DNA of 63,958 nt, filler included, from Blastocystis sp. subtype 4 (Eukaryota), in assembly GCF_000743755.1 (NCBI RefSeq). It is 5 parts of 5 records of this genome, joined end to end, with 100 filler letters (N's around TTAATTAATTAA, not from the genome) between each part and the next. Parts side by side here need not be neighbours in the genome. Positions count along the whole stretch, not along the records: positions 1 to 14,793 come from NW_014569284.1; positions 14,894 to 29,404 come from NW_014569282.1; 3 more parts are not named here. The stretch is one strand, 5' to 3'. The translations under genes and the position numbers were made by a program. This document shows positions 12,167 to 25,000 of the stretch, one piece after another. Within the stretch, counting starts at the first letter, position 1; each line of letters begins with the position of its first letter. A model generated the notes under the pieces. The model was not told the origin of the DNA. It saw nothing but the letters and a program-made list of their open reading frames with translations, and did no database searches.

Positions 12167-14730
12167 ATGGATATCGTGAGCATAGAATCTATTCTTTATA
12201 TCTAGGATTCATTAATGCAAGAACTGGAAGCTGTTCAGAATGCAGATGTAACCCATAAGTTGTCGGAGCGATCGGTTGTTGAAATCATCAACAAAATTGT
12301 GAAAAAGGGACTTATTGATGTGATTAAGTCGTCTCTTTGTTAAAGGCATCATTTCTAGTACACGATCTGGAATTCGTGAGTATCTGACATGGCCAGAATT
12401 GGAGACAGAGATTCTTAGTGAGTTGGATTCTCATGATGGTCGTGTTTCGTTTCTAGAGTTGGAGGTAGGTGTTTTGAGATGAATTTTAGATTTAGGAAGC
12501 AATTAATGTGGATATCACCTATATCGAGAAGTGTTCGCAGAAACTCCTGGATTCGGATTGTGGAATTATGAAGCTTAACAACCAGGAACTGATTAGTGAG
12601 AGATACACCGAGATGATTGTTGAGAAGTGTACTGACATTGTTTTTACCAAAGGAATAATAAAGATTGGACTTTTAGCAACCAAATTTAACCTTCCTGTGT
12701 CCTATTTGAGTATTTAGAAAGAGTTTAGGCTTAGGAATAGCAACTACAGTAATTCCTCTCATTTGTGAGCAGAACCCTTCAATTTGCAGTAAGAATGGAG
12801 ATTTGTATACTATTGTATTGCTTTCTGTAGTCAGTGAGTTCTAGACCTTCATTCGTCGTAATCAATGTTGCATTCGTGGTATCCTCCTCGCTATCGACAA
12901 GCCAGCATTGTTATCAGAATTGAGTGATTTGTATGAATGTTATTCCTTTGCTATTCTAGCTATTCCATTGATGCTTCTCTTTTCCAGGAGACCGTTTCCA
13001 CATTCATCAAGCAGGGTCAAATTCATGGTTCTATAAAGGCTGGTTCGTTCATTCCTCAACGATACGAGGATCAGAAGAATGATGCTGTTGTTAACTTCCT
13101 TCGAAGCAATCAGTACGTTACAAAGAAACTGTTAAAGGATAATCGAGTCGATATATTTGTAGTTTCCCATGTAGATCACATCACCTATCGAGTACTTCAC
13201 AAAGCACGGTTATTCGAAGAAATTGACGGAATTGGATTCCTTGTGGATAAGTGAAGATTTGATGGAAGATTTGGTAGCAACAACTGCTGAACTATGTAAT
13301 GAAGAAGGATTTGTGGAGATTGCTTCAATCTTTCCTCCTTCATTCACTTCAGCGGATCAGATGTTGGTTCTGAAGCAAATTGATGTGCTAAAAAGAGAAG
13401 GAAATGATGTATAGAAGATTGTGTTCCAATGCGATGAAACTGTCGCTTCGAAATATACTGTCTTGGATGAATTTGTGGTGTTATCATCTCTTTTGAGTGA
13501 GTTGGTGAATCAATTCTTAAAGGATATGGAATCTAGCATTCAGAAAGTAATATCCATGAAACATGATGTATGAGAGATGATGGATCTGAAGGATAGTTTA
13601 CGGAGTGTGTACCAACAGAGACTATGATTGAGTCCTCTCTTGAAGAGTTGAATGTTTGAGTAAAGGATGAATGATGATCATAGTATGATCTGACTGAAGA
13701 ATGTGTTCACGTGATTGTATCTGCTGTTCATAATGTGATTTCAAGTCGTTATGAGTCCTGTTATAAGAAGCAGAAAGAGGCCATTCTTCGAGGTGAGAGT
13801 GTGAATCGTAAACGAGATCAGAAAGAAGTATCAGCCAGTCTTATCGATTGGTATCATCATGTTATTATTCCATTATTCTCTCACAAATAGTACGAATCTG
13901 TCATGAAACTCTTGGATACTACTCAATCATCATCATTGCAGAATGTACTTGGAAATGTTGAGAAGGAACTAAAACAAGAAGGAGTGTGTCTTGTGATTCA
14001 CTTCCTTCAAGTGTTGGTTGGGTTGTTTGGAAAGGATCATGATTAGAATGATTGTCCTGTGACTCCATTAACCACCTTAGTTACTAAATCCACTTCTGCT
14101 CTGCGTGAGGAAGTGAAACAATTGAGTGAAGATACGAAGGCATTTGTGACAGAGTTGTTAACCTGTCTGAATGGGCCTAAGAAGGAGAAAGGAAAGAAAA
14201 ACAAGAATAAAGGAAAGAAGGGAAAAGAAGAAGAAATTATGGAAGAGGAGAAATCGGTCAGTTTTTTGGATTGTTTTGTAAAAGTGACGGATTTTGGAGG
14301 TCCTTTGTTTAAGTCGTATGATCGTAGGTTTTGACTGATCTAATTGAAGGTAGGCAAGCAGTCTCGTCAATTGCTTCATACAGGGAAGATTGGTATGCAA
14401 GAAGAGTTAAGCATGTTAATTCTCCAATCTGTGAATGAGTCCTCCATTCTCCTTCTAGCTCGTCTGATGATGAATCTAAAATATGCGATAATTCCTTATG
14501 TACCATCAATGGAGGTAGGAATGGATTAGAAGAATAAGATGTAGATGGCAAAGGCACTAATTACGGATTATTCGGATACAATTCCTGAAGACTCCAAAGA
14601 AGAGTATGTGAAATTGATTCCACTAGTATTTGGGGATGATAAGGATGCGATGCAACAAGCAGTGATGGATATGGTAAAACTTGTGATTAAGAAGTTTTCT
14701 GTTTATTTGGAAAGAAAACTAAATGAATAG
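12167..14730 (+). CDS. UFL1: E3 UFM1-protein ligase 1
   Basis: N-terminal LEAVQNADVTHKLSERSVVEIINKIV...ELDSHDGRVSFLEL matches the UFL1 family; many short introns. Confidence 0.8.
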
Positions 14731-14793
14731 TATAAAATGAAAGAAAAGAAGGAACTCATAATGAAAAAGATAGAGAAGTGATAGTATTAAATG

Positions 14794-14893
14794 NNNNNNN
14801 NNNNNNNNNNNNNNNNNNNNNNNNNNNNNNNNNNNNNTTAATTAATTAANNNNNNNNNNNNNNNNNNNNNNNNNNNNNNNNNNNNNNNNNNNN
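14794..14893. other. Assembly gap linker (N44-TTAATTAATTAA-N44)
   Basis: Identical 100-nt spacer with six-frame stop 12-mer occurs four times in the window. Confidence 0.97.
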
Positions 14894-15207
14894 TTTCATT
14901 CCTGGAACTGCTGGTTATTTCTGTTGGATCAATCTGAAGGACTATATGATTGGTGATACCTTTGAGGATGAGGAGAAACTGTACAACTATATTTATGAGC
15001 ATGGAAAGGTCATTATTTGTCCTGTAAGTGTGGTGAAGGATGAATGAGAGATAGGGAAAGTCGTTCTTTGCTAAGGAAGCTGGATGGTTCCGTATGGTGT
15101 TCACCTGTTATACTCATGAACATCTGAAGTTGGCCTTGGATCGACTGAAGAAGGCTTTGGAGGAGAGAAAGCAGGATATGGAGGTTCCTTCCAAGAGAAG
15201 GTGTTAG
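14894..15207 (+). CDS. PLP-dependent aminotransferase class I/II (ACC synthase-like), C-terminal fragment
   Basis: AGYFCWINLKDY...EEKLYNYIYEHGKVIICP/GKSFFAKEAGWFRMVFT...ALDRLKKAL. Confidence 0.75.
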
Positions 15208-15318
15208 TTGATTTAGCGTTTCTGTTTTCTCTTGTTTCTTTTGACTAATCGTTCCCGCGGGAATTGATGGAACATTCGATAGTCTTTAGAAATGTCATTA
15301 TATTAGTATAATCCTAGT

Positions 15319-16931
15319 ATGGCTACTGAAGAAGTAAGATGTGTCCATCATCACTCATTTCCAGTTTGTACGTATTGAGTCTTTGACGGAGGATGAGGGT
15401 TTGGTGAAGAAAGTGATTCAGGAGGGATCTGGAGAGTGTCCAAAGAAAGGATATGTTGTTACAGGTACGAATTGACTCGTATTTGTCATTGTAGCTCATT
15501 ATACTGGAACTCTGGAGAATGGAACTGTCTTCGATTCCTCAAGAAAGAGAGGAGAGCCCTTTAAATTCACTCTTGGTATTGGTGAAGTTATCAAGGGTTG
15601 GGATCTAGGATTTGCATCTATGAAGAAAGGAGAGCATGCACTATTGGTCTGTAAGCCAGATTATGCATATGGTGCATCTGGTTCTGGATCTTCGATTCCT
15701 CCCAATGCAACTTTGACATTTGATGTGGAACTTCTTGATTTCGAGGAGAAGTTAGATGTCGAGAATATGACAATTAAGCAGCGCATTTCTACTGCCACAG
15801 AATACAAGGACATAGGAAATGCCTCCTTCAAAGCTGGAAACTATGCAAGTGCTATTTCAATGTATGAAAAGGCTGTTGCATGCGTCCAATGGGCGAAGAA
15901 AGCCATCATTGATGATGATGATTATGAAACTCTGGAACCTCCCACAAAAGAGGATAATGACCAAGCTTTTTCACTGCTTCAATCCTTAAGAACAAACAAA
16001 GCTGCTTGTTTCTTGAAGATGGGAGAGTATTCCACAGCTATCAAAGAGGTGACAAAGAAGTGTTTCTCTTATATGTAGTGTAGTTTAGTGCTGAAGGAGG
16101 ATCCAAGGAATATCAAAGCATTGTATCGTCGTGCTTGTGGTCAAAGTCATTTTGGATTACTCTTTGATGCAAAGAAGGATTTAGAACTGCTTCTGGAGCT
16201 CGATGCAACGAATAAGGCAGCACAATCAGAACTGGAACGTGTGAAGAAACTTATCGCTGCAGACGATAAGAAGACAAAGAAGTCACTTCATTCTCTTTTC
16301 TCAAAGGGAGGACTCTATAGCGAGAAGCCTTCAGTTATTATTGACTTTGAGAAGGACGATCCTACGGTGTTCTTTGATATCAAACAAGGAGAGAAGGAAT
16401 TAGGTCGTATTGAGATGCGTCTGTACTCTCATTTGGTAGGAGGATTAACTGATGTTCTAATTGTAGTTACCTAAGACAGTCGAAAATTTCCGTTGTCTGT
16501 GTACTGGAGAGAAGGGAACTACTCCTGATGGTGTTCCTCTGTCATACAAGAATAGTATTTTCCATCGTGTGATTAAGCAATTTATGATTCAAGGAGGTGA
16601 TTTTACAAAAGCTGTATAGATTGGAGAATGATGTGATCAGTAGAATGGAACTGGTGGTGTATCAATTTATGGAGAGAAGTTTGCTGATGAAGGATTCCCA
16701 CTGAAGCACAATCAGCCTGGACTTCTGAGTATGGCAAATGCTGGTCCCAATACCAACGGGTCTCAGTTCTTCATCACAACAGTACCTTGTCCTCATCTTG
16801 ATGGTAAGCATGTGGTGTTCGGAAAGGTGGTTAAAGGAATGGAAGTTGTTCATGCCATTGAAAACACCGAAGTTGGTAATCAGGACAAGCCAAAGGAGGA
16901 CGTTGTTATTGTGAACTGTGGTCAACTGTAA
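15319..16931 (+). CDS. Dual-family immunophilin: FKBP-TPR-cyclophilin (FCBP-type)
   Basis: FKBP ([15 protein letters not shown]...GEVIKGWD), TPR (KALYRRA) and cyclophilin ([41 protein letters not shown]) in one spliced frame. Confidence 0.92.
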
Positions 16932-17054
16932 TCTTGTTCTGAGTGTTTGTTAATATTCAATTATATGACTTTAAATGCCTATCGGTATCTGTTGATATCA
17001 AAGAATGAAAGTTGATTGAATAATCATATGGAAGGATGACTCTAATTGTTCCTG

Positions 17055-17062
17055 AACAAACA
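17055..17062 (-). terminator. TGTTTGTT polyadenylation element (LCMT1)
   Basis: aaa gct T|tgtc TGTTTGTT. Confidence 0.8.
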
Positions 17063-17066
17063 GACA

Positions 17067-18197
17067 AAGCTTTTGCAATCCAATTATCAAACCACTCACT
17101 GAGATTACCTTGAGCAGCAACAAGAATACAGTAATGGCCTTGAATCAAATGCCATTCTTCATACTCATCAAAATACTCAATTCGTTCAATCCGTTTTCTA
17201 TCAGCATCAGTAATAAACCACGAATAGAGCTTGTCCATGTCATTACAATACGCTTTTGTAAACCCAAATCCTTCATATCGAGCTATCTGATCCTGGATCT
17301 CTGGGTATTTCATTATTCCTAACAAACTACATCCACGTTCCTATTTCATTAAAAGAATGAGTGAAATCTACATTCAGATTCTTCACCATCATTGCTCCGA
17401 AAGGATCCAAAGGACGAATTTGCTCATATACAACAAATCCACTATTTGGAAAGGTATTTTGGATATACTGGAGTGTTGGGTTGATAGAATCAGGTTCGAT
17501 GTAGATTAACACACATTCTGAGAGAAACAAGGTTGGAAGCCTAAATGTGATAGTTATAAAGATAATAAACTCTTTATTAATGCGGTCATTTGAAAAAAAC
17601 GCTTTCACAGCTTCCAAATCTGTCAAGTCTATAGGATGCAGAATATAATGTTTTGTATCGATAGATGGAGAAACTAAATGAAAGAAAAACCATGAGAATA
17701 CGTAAATGGGTGTCTACGACTGTATCTTCTCCAAATACCACTTTCGCAAGAGGGATTTGATTTCGAATGATCGCAGCTCTATTCAAGCAAGTTTCTTCAT
17801 AATCCAGGTCCACAAACAACTCTGGCTGTAAGTTCCTTTCCTAAGTAAGATTTCTCATTCAGTCATACACAAAGACGGAAAAAGAGGGTATCATACCCAC
17901 CTCCAAGACTAATGAGTTGACATTTGCGATCTGCTTTGACTATGAAACGCTCCACAAGTAGTTCAACAGCTGCAACACGAGAGTAATAACCTACAGGAGA
18001 AAGGCCAACAGGTGTGTACCTCGATTGATAAGTGGAGTACGCTTTGCTGTTCTCTTCACAAAATATGATACAAATCGGTCTTTATAATATCCTTTTTGTA
18101 TACACGACCTTGTGATAACTCATCCCATTTAGAATTACATCTTGCTAATAATAGCGTCATCAGCTGTATGTCGCACCTCTTCATTTGAATTGGACAT
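17067..18197 (-). CDS. LCMT1: Leucine carboxyl methyltransferase 1 (PPM1); stop probably completed by poly(A)
   Basis: RTPLINRGYY, SLGGGYDT, PTLFLSECVLIYI, YEQIRPLDPFGAMM, FDEYEEWHL. Confidence 0.9.
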
Positions 18198-18417
18198 TAC
18201 TACAGTGAAACGAAGGATAATATGATTAACAAGGTATGCCCCTATAGTGTGTAATCAAAATTTTATTCATCTTATCAAGGGATTCGTTTATTGACTTCAC
18301 TATCAATACAATAGACTCTAAGATCCACATAATCAGGATTATTTGGGTATTCCATTTTTCATATCATTGTATTGAACTGTTCTATCTCTTCTAATTCACT
18401 TCGGATCACATAGTCAT

Positions 18418-21180
18418 ATGGATATTCGTTTGCTTTTTGTATCTAAATATTAATGAAATCATTTTTAGAAGAAGGGACCCAAGCAGAAGCGATCTTCAGA
18501 AGAAGAGGCACCTGCAAACAAGAAATCAAAAGTAGACGATTCATCTATTATTGATTGTACATTGCCGGATAAAACAGATTCAAAGACAAAAGGAAAGAAA
18601 AATGTTGTTAAACAGTCTTCATTATCAGCATCTTCGTCTATGAAGACGGCAACTAGTAAGATCTCCTCCATCAAATCAAATCCACCCAAAAAGAGGGCTA
18701 CAAAGAAGCGAACTATTGTGGATTCTGATTCAGGAGATGCATTTGAAAAGGATGAAGCTCAGATTGTAGCAACTAAGGAGGAAAAGAAGCCACGGTCAAA
18801 GAAATCAAAGTCCACAGAAACTGAAATTGTAATTGAAAAGAAGGAGCCAACCAAATCTCGAATCAAGGAGGAATCAGAACCGAAAGAAGAACCCAAACCC
18901 AAACAGAAGAGAGCTATTTCAGGGGCGTACAAACCACGTTGGATGTCAACTCCAAAGGATCCTCCCAAACATGGCAGTAAACCGATTCCTCGAGGAAAAC
19001 CAGATTGCTTAGAAGGAATGATTTTTGTTCTGACTGGTTTGAACGAAAGTTTGACACGAGAAGAGATGAGTAACTTGATTCAACAATATGGAGGGTATAT
19101 ATTACAGAATAATTCAACAGTAGAACTGAACGATCAGCAGTGAGTAAGAAGACAACCTATTTGATAGCAGGATTTGAAATGGAAGATGGACGTCCTATCA
19201 CCGAAGGATCAAAGTATAAAGCAGCAATAGAGAAGGGAGTGGAGATTATAAACGAAGATACCCTCTTAAAGATGATTCGTGATAGTGATCCTGAGGGTTC
19301 TGCACAGTACTTGAAGGAAAAAGAAGAAGAGGAACAGAAGGAAGTTATAAAACTTGAAGAACGATTAAAGAAGGAAGAGAAGGCTTCTCATCATTTAAAT
19401 ACATTGGATACAACGTATGATTGAGTATTCTATATCCCATTAGACTGTTGACATCAAAATATGCACCTCAGTGTTTAGAAGATTTGGTTGGAAATAGACA
19501 GACGATTCTGAATATGAAGCAATGGTTAGAACAGTGGGATGATGTTCATATCACAAGTTGTTACATCTCTCTTCTATTATTGTAGAAAAACTTGAAATCG
19601 CTTGGAATAAACAGAATCCAGGAGCAAGAGCTATCTTAATTAGTGGTCCTCCTGGAATAGGTAAGACCACAGCAGCAGTTCTTATCTGCCGTTTAATGAA
19701 GTATGACGTAATTGAATTGAACGCCAGTGATAAGAGAAACATGTCTTCTGTAAGGGATTTCTTGAAGGATAGCGTATCTGCACGTACCCTTAATGGGTTT
19801 CGTGTTGGAGGTCAAATACTCCAGAAGAACAGTAGGAAGGTAATTGTGATGGATGAAGTGGATGGAATGAGTAGTGGGGATCGAGGTGGTATACAAGAAC
19901 TAGTAGGTATTTTTGGAATGACAAAAATATAGATCAAAATAATAAAAACAACACAGACTCCGATAATCTGTATCTGTAATGATCACGATAGTCCCAAAGT
20001 GAAGAATTTAGCTTCAAATTGCTATGATTTGATGTTTCATCGTCCTTCTACGTAGTATTTTGATTGAAATTCAATTTAGAATGGAATTTATGAGTCGTCT
20101 TCAAGTGATTTGTAAGCGAGAACAACTGAACATCGATAAGGAGACTCTGGAATTGATGATTGAGAGTACTGGAGGTGATTTTAGACAGATCCTAAATCAG
20201 ATTCAACTCCTTTCTACACTCTCTCCTTCATCATCCATTTCTGGAGTTCTTCGTTCATTCTCAAAGGATCCATTAATGAGTATCACTCCTTTCGAAGCCG
20301 CTAAAGCATTGCTAATCGAACCAACATCTCATGCCCTGAAAGATCGATATAACATGTATTTCAGTGATTATGAAATGACTCCATTACTTGTGGAACAGAA
20401 CTATCTTGATTCCATCAAGAGTAATGGAGGTTCAATGGATGTCGTTGCACAGATGGCTGAGGCAGCTGAAGCCATGTGTGATTTGGAGATGCTTCATGAT
20501 ACTATCCTCAAAACCAACGTGTGTTATGGGAGATGGATTCAGAAATAGAATTGGTCATTATTACCTTCTATGGCTATGATCACTATACGAGGAGGAATGA
20601 AGGCTACTGGAAAGTATGTATTCCCGCGGTTCCCTATGTATGTGAGATTGGAGGGTTTCATTGAAAGGATGTTGGGAAAGTACTCTACAATACGCAAAAA
20701 CATGCGAACCGTGGGAGAGCTACAAACGCATATCAACATGAACATCACTGGAAGTCGTCGTGCTGTTGTGATGGATTACTTTGACATGCTGAATCAGTAT
20801 CTCTTGCGGCCACTTACACAAGAAGATGTCAGTAATCAATAGTAATTCTCATTTATAGGTTCATGGAACAATTGAACGAATGGATGAATATGGCATAACA
20901 AGAGATGATTTAGTGGATGTGCTGAACGGTACGCAGTTGGGACAAGGGAAAACACGATTTGAACAGATTCCTGGAAAAACCAGGAGTTCGTTCACTCGAA
21001 TCTACAATGGACAAAACCATGGTACTTCTAATGTGTTTGCTGATAGTGATAACATGGTGCGACGGATAACAAAGGGAAGAAAAGGGAAGGAGAAATTGGA
21101 GAGAAAGGAGACTCTGACAGCTACAGAGTCGTTGAGTATAGTCGATGTGCATGAAAATGAATCTGCAATATTGGCATATT
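18418..21180 (+). CDS. RFC1: Replication factor C subunit 1; stop probably completed by poly(A)
   Basis: MDIR start, BRCT (CLEGMIFVLTG), Walker A SGPPGIGKTT, ELNASD, VIVMDEVDGMSSGDRGG, C-terminal TRSSFTRIYN. Confidence 0.93.
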
Positions 21181-21184
21181 CAAA

Positions 21185-21192
21185 TGTTTGTT
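21185..21192 (+). terminator. TGTTTGTT polyadenylation element (RFC1)
   Basis: gca tat T|caaa TGTTTGTT. Confidence 0.8.
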
Positions 21193-21271
21193 GTTTGATC
21201 CCCATACGTTCAGTGATTTTAGACATGTATTGATTATCATAGTATCCATTCTGCAACAGTTGAATTCCTCA

Positions 21272-23152
21272 ATGGGACGAAAACGCGCAGATGTCTGGGG
21301 GGAGTTCGATGAGGGCGAGAAAGAGGGTTCTTTCAAAGCTAGACGTGTTCGTTGTCGCCATTGTGGTAGGGAATTCACCGCTCATGCAAATCGCATGAAG
21401 GAACACCTAAGAGAGTGTCCTCAATACAAAGAAGTGGAATTATTCTTGTCCTTTCATCATAGGCATTATACAAGGGTTTAACACGACCTATTGATTTGTC
21501 ATCATCGCGGTATGATGTTCAACGAACCCAGGAGATATCTCCGATGTATTCGTTTTTCCCAGGACAGGATGTAGAAATATATGAATATACTGAATACTAG
21601 ATCACAGTACGAACTGTTTTTAAAATGGGTATTGTTGGTGGAGGCATTGGTTCTGTGATGGGTCCTCTTCATATAACAGCAGGTTTGTTTTGTTCTAGTA
21701 AGTTATTTATAGCTACTCTTGGAAGAAGGGCGAGATTGGTGTGTGGTTGTTTTTCCTCGGATCCTCAAAAGTCCAAAGTATCAGGTAGCCAATATAATCT
21801 TCACAGAAATCGTATATACAAAACGTATGGGTCGTAATTATTCTCACCTGTAGTTATGAAGACATGATACAAAGGGAAAGCGAGCTTCCAGATTCAGAAC
21901 GAATGAACTTCGTCTGTATAGCTACACCAAGCAGTACCCATTACTCAATTGCTTCATTAGCATTGGAAGTATTGTTTTGAGTTTTGTTTCACTATTAGCA
22001 TGGTTTTCATGTGATGTGTGAAACACCTTTGTGTCTATCGGAAGAAGAGGCAGTGAAACTATCGGAATTAGCAACAGAGAAGAATCTTCTTGTAGCAATG
22101 AGTTACCCTTATTCTTGCTTTGGAATGATTCGATATGCTCGTGATTTGATCTACAACAACTCTATTGGAGATGTGATTAGCATTCGTGTGAATTATTTTC
22201 AGAATGCTGGTATTTTAGAACGAGATACAAATTCATGGAAAATGAATTCTGTTCAAGCAGGTATTTCTTATTGTTTCTCTGATCTTGGTCTTCAGGCTTA
22301 TCAATTAGCTCGTTATGTTACACAAATGACACCAAGTAGAGTTTCAGCATGTTTAGCTCGATCTTACAATAATCGGATCATGGATGATAATGGAACTGCT
22401 CTGGTTCAAATGAAGGAAGGAGCATTCTGTCATATTTCTGTATCCAAGATGTCTTTATTACATGATAATGATATCCAGATTGAAGTAGATGGTTTATCTG
22501 GATCTATTCACTGGGATCTACGACGTAGCAATGAATTAGTATTTCAGAGAATTCATATGAACAAACAAGTATTAACTCCCGATTCTGTTCCTGTTCTGGA
22601 TCATTTACGAATGCGATATAGTAGGCTCCCATTCGGTCACGCAGAAGGATTTATTGAAGCCATGTCCAACATGTATGATGCATTCTTTAATGCGATGGAT
22701 TCAATATTACGGAAGGATATTCGGACTTTGCAGAGTGAATATGTAGGGATTGGAGATAGAGTACATGAATAGACTTCGATCATCGATGGCATTGAAGGAG
22801 TGATCTTCTTAAATCGTGCGATGGAAAGTACGCAACGTGGATCCTTATGGACGGATATTCCTGCTCCAGCCTTTGATACTAACCAGACTTCAGTTCAATC
22901 TCAATTTCCCAATGTTACTCCGATATCTGGACAGTCGATTCCAAGTATGAATATTTGATTATTTGATGATATGTAGGCTTTAATGGTACTGTATCTGTTC
23001 TGAATGGGACATCTTCGGTTAATACATTTCCAGTGATTAGTTCTCTACCGAGTGTTAGCGATATTCGTAGTATGAATCTAGGAATGATTCAGTCTGTGGG
23101 AACCGAAGAGTCGTCAATCTCTCCAAATCAACCTGCTTCGATTATAACTTAA
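21272..23152 (+). CDS. BED zinc finger fused to Gfo/Idh/MocA-family oxidoreductase-like domain
   Basis: Exon 1 DVWGEF...VRCRHC...RMKEHLREC (zf-BED) joined in frame by 29-32-nt GT-AG introns to MGIVGGG, CFSSDPQKS, ATP..TH, HVMCETP, RLPFGHAEGFIEA; TAA at 23150 then TGTTTGTT. Confidence 0.85.
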
Positions 23153-23233
23153 CCACGATAATATGTTTGTTGCTGGAAGTAATGAACACAAAAGGATGAT
23201 CGAACAAATAGTGAGGAAAAGTCAACTACTAAA

Positions 23234-24955
23234 TTAATGCTTGCACTCGTACTGGCGATATCCAGATCGTTTGAATGCAGATAAGAGACGACCTGCCCAT
23301 TCCGCATCTCTCACAGTAAAGGGAATAGAATTCAATTTAATAAGTCGATAGGACTCGTATTCAGCGAATAATTGACGAACGAGAGTGGGATTTAGAATCT
23401 TCCTCTCGACATCAGGATATATTATTGGAGCTGCTTCAAACTCATTTCGGATTGATTCAGGAACTTGAGGGTTAATCAAGAAAGAGTATGGTTAAGGAAG
23501 AGAAAGAAGATTCGAATGAGGATATGTGTTCGCGATAATACAATGCAAAAGCCTCATCAAACTGCCGAATACACCAATACGTATTCATTGTACACACATT
23601 CTGAGGATGATTGAACAACTCTTCATTCTGAATCTCAATTTCATTATCTCGATGACACTTGAATTCTGGGAGAATCAAGATCCGATTTAATGCAATTGCT
23701 GTAAGCAGTGCACTTGCTAAGACCTTTTCCTCTTGACCAATGGAACTATCAGGACTCAGTGATTCATAAGTGATGTATTTGGCTGTAGAATTCGAATAAT
23801 ATGAGTCCATCGAGTGGTACAATCCCAACTCTTTCAGACGATATTCCTTTGCATTTGATGAAACAATCCAGTTGTTATGGAACATTACACAGTCATCACC
23901 TACATAAAATATGGTATTTCCGAATTTACATGGAAGGGAGTCTAAGGAGTTGTAATGCAAGTTCTCGAAAAATACCCATCCTGGAGCAAACTTATTTAAT
24001 GGAAGCAGTTGCATTCGTAGCTTTTCACGTAACATCACATCAATGGCATTGTTGAGAGCAGGTTGCTGACGAAGATTTCGATTATTCTGGTAGTTCTCCC
24101 AGGCTAGATCGAAAAGGGATCGACTACGAGGTGTATTTCGAACATAACTAGAATGAAGGCAAATCAACTGTCAAACATGAAACCACTATTACGTTCGTGT
24201 GATCTGCTCGAACGATCTTCCCGTTGAATGTGAATATCACAGCCTAAACAGGTAAAGAAATCAAAGGGATTCTTAAAGAAGACCACATCCACATCTGTTA
24301 GAAGCACATTGTAACCACTGCGAAGAACGTGAATGACTGCCATCGTTTTCATGTTAACCTTATTTACAAAGGCACTTGTATCATAGTCAGAAGTGGAAAT
24401 GGTACTATCTGCTGTATCCAACTCAAGTAAAATACAGGGGATACCCCATTTATCCAAAACCTATGGTTGAATCATACATCCAATCATACTGAATAAGAAC
24501 GTTTATCTAAAGCAAACGCGATAAAATTGGTAATTCCAAGAGGAATAATACTATTATGATAAAAAGAGAAGAACTGTGATAGGAATGAATAGTCAAAGAC
24601 GGAAATGATTACATTATTATTGATAGCTACTTTCTCTAATAATGGTAACAGTTTGGGACTACATTCCTTCATGGGCTGGTGAAGAACAATAGGAGGGACT
24701 GAAATCACTCTATCTTCAATTTGTACATCTTGTGGAAGTGATAACACAGATTCAAACTCATCAGGTTTTCGGTTCATTGACTAAATGGAATAACCATTAT
24801 ACAGTTCGTACAGGCATAACAGTTGATAGCGATTTCATAAATCGGATGTTGATATAGACAACTCCACATACGAAAACACAAAGAACCCAGATAACAATCC
24901 GATTGGGAAACCTCCTTAATACGTGGTGATTCCAGTGATGATGGGCTGCTGACAT
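23234..24955 (-). CDS. Type II membrane glycosyltransferase, nucleotide-diphospho-sugar transferase (GT77-like) family
   Basis: N-terminal TM anchor IVIWVLCVFVCGVVYI; GYNVLLTDVDVVFFKNPF (DxD); NSGF; QPALN; FHNNW. Confidence 0.75.
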
Positions 24956-25000
24956 CACGGATCGAAAAGGATTGTAAATCACATTCTTTCCAACGAGCTA

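Noticed and set aside
14794..14893. Repeated TTAATTAATTAA palindrome flanked by Ns (also 29405, 43914, 58277)
   Set aside because: Fixed-format artificial contig linker with stops in six frames; not biological
21272..21433. BED finger as sign of a hAT transposon
   Set aside because: No DDE or hATC domain, terminal repeats or target-site duplication seen; it splices into the oxidoreductase domain
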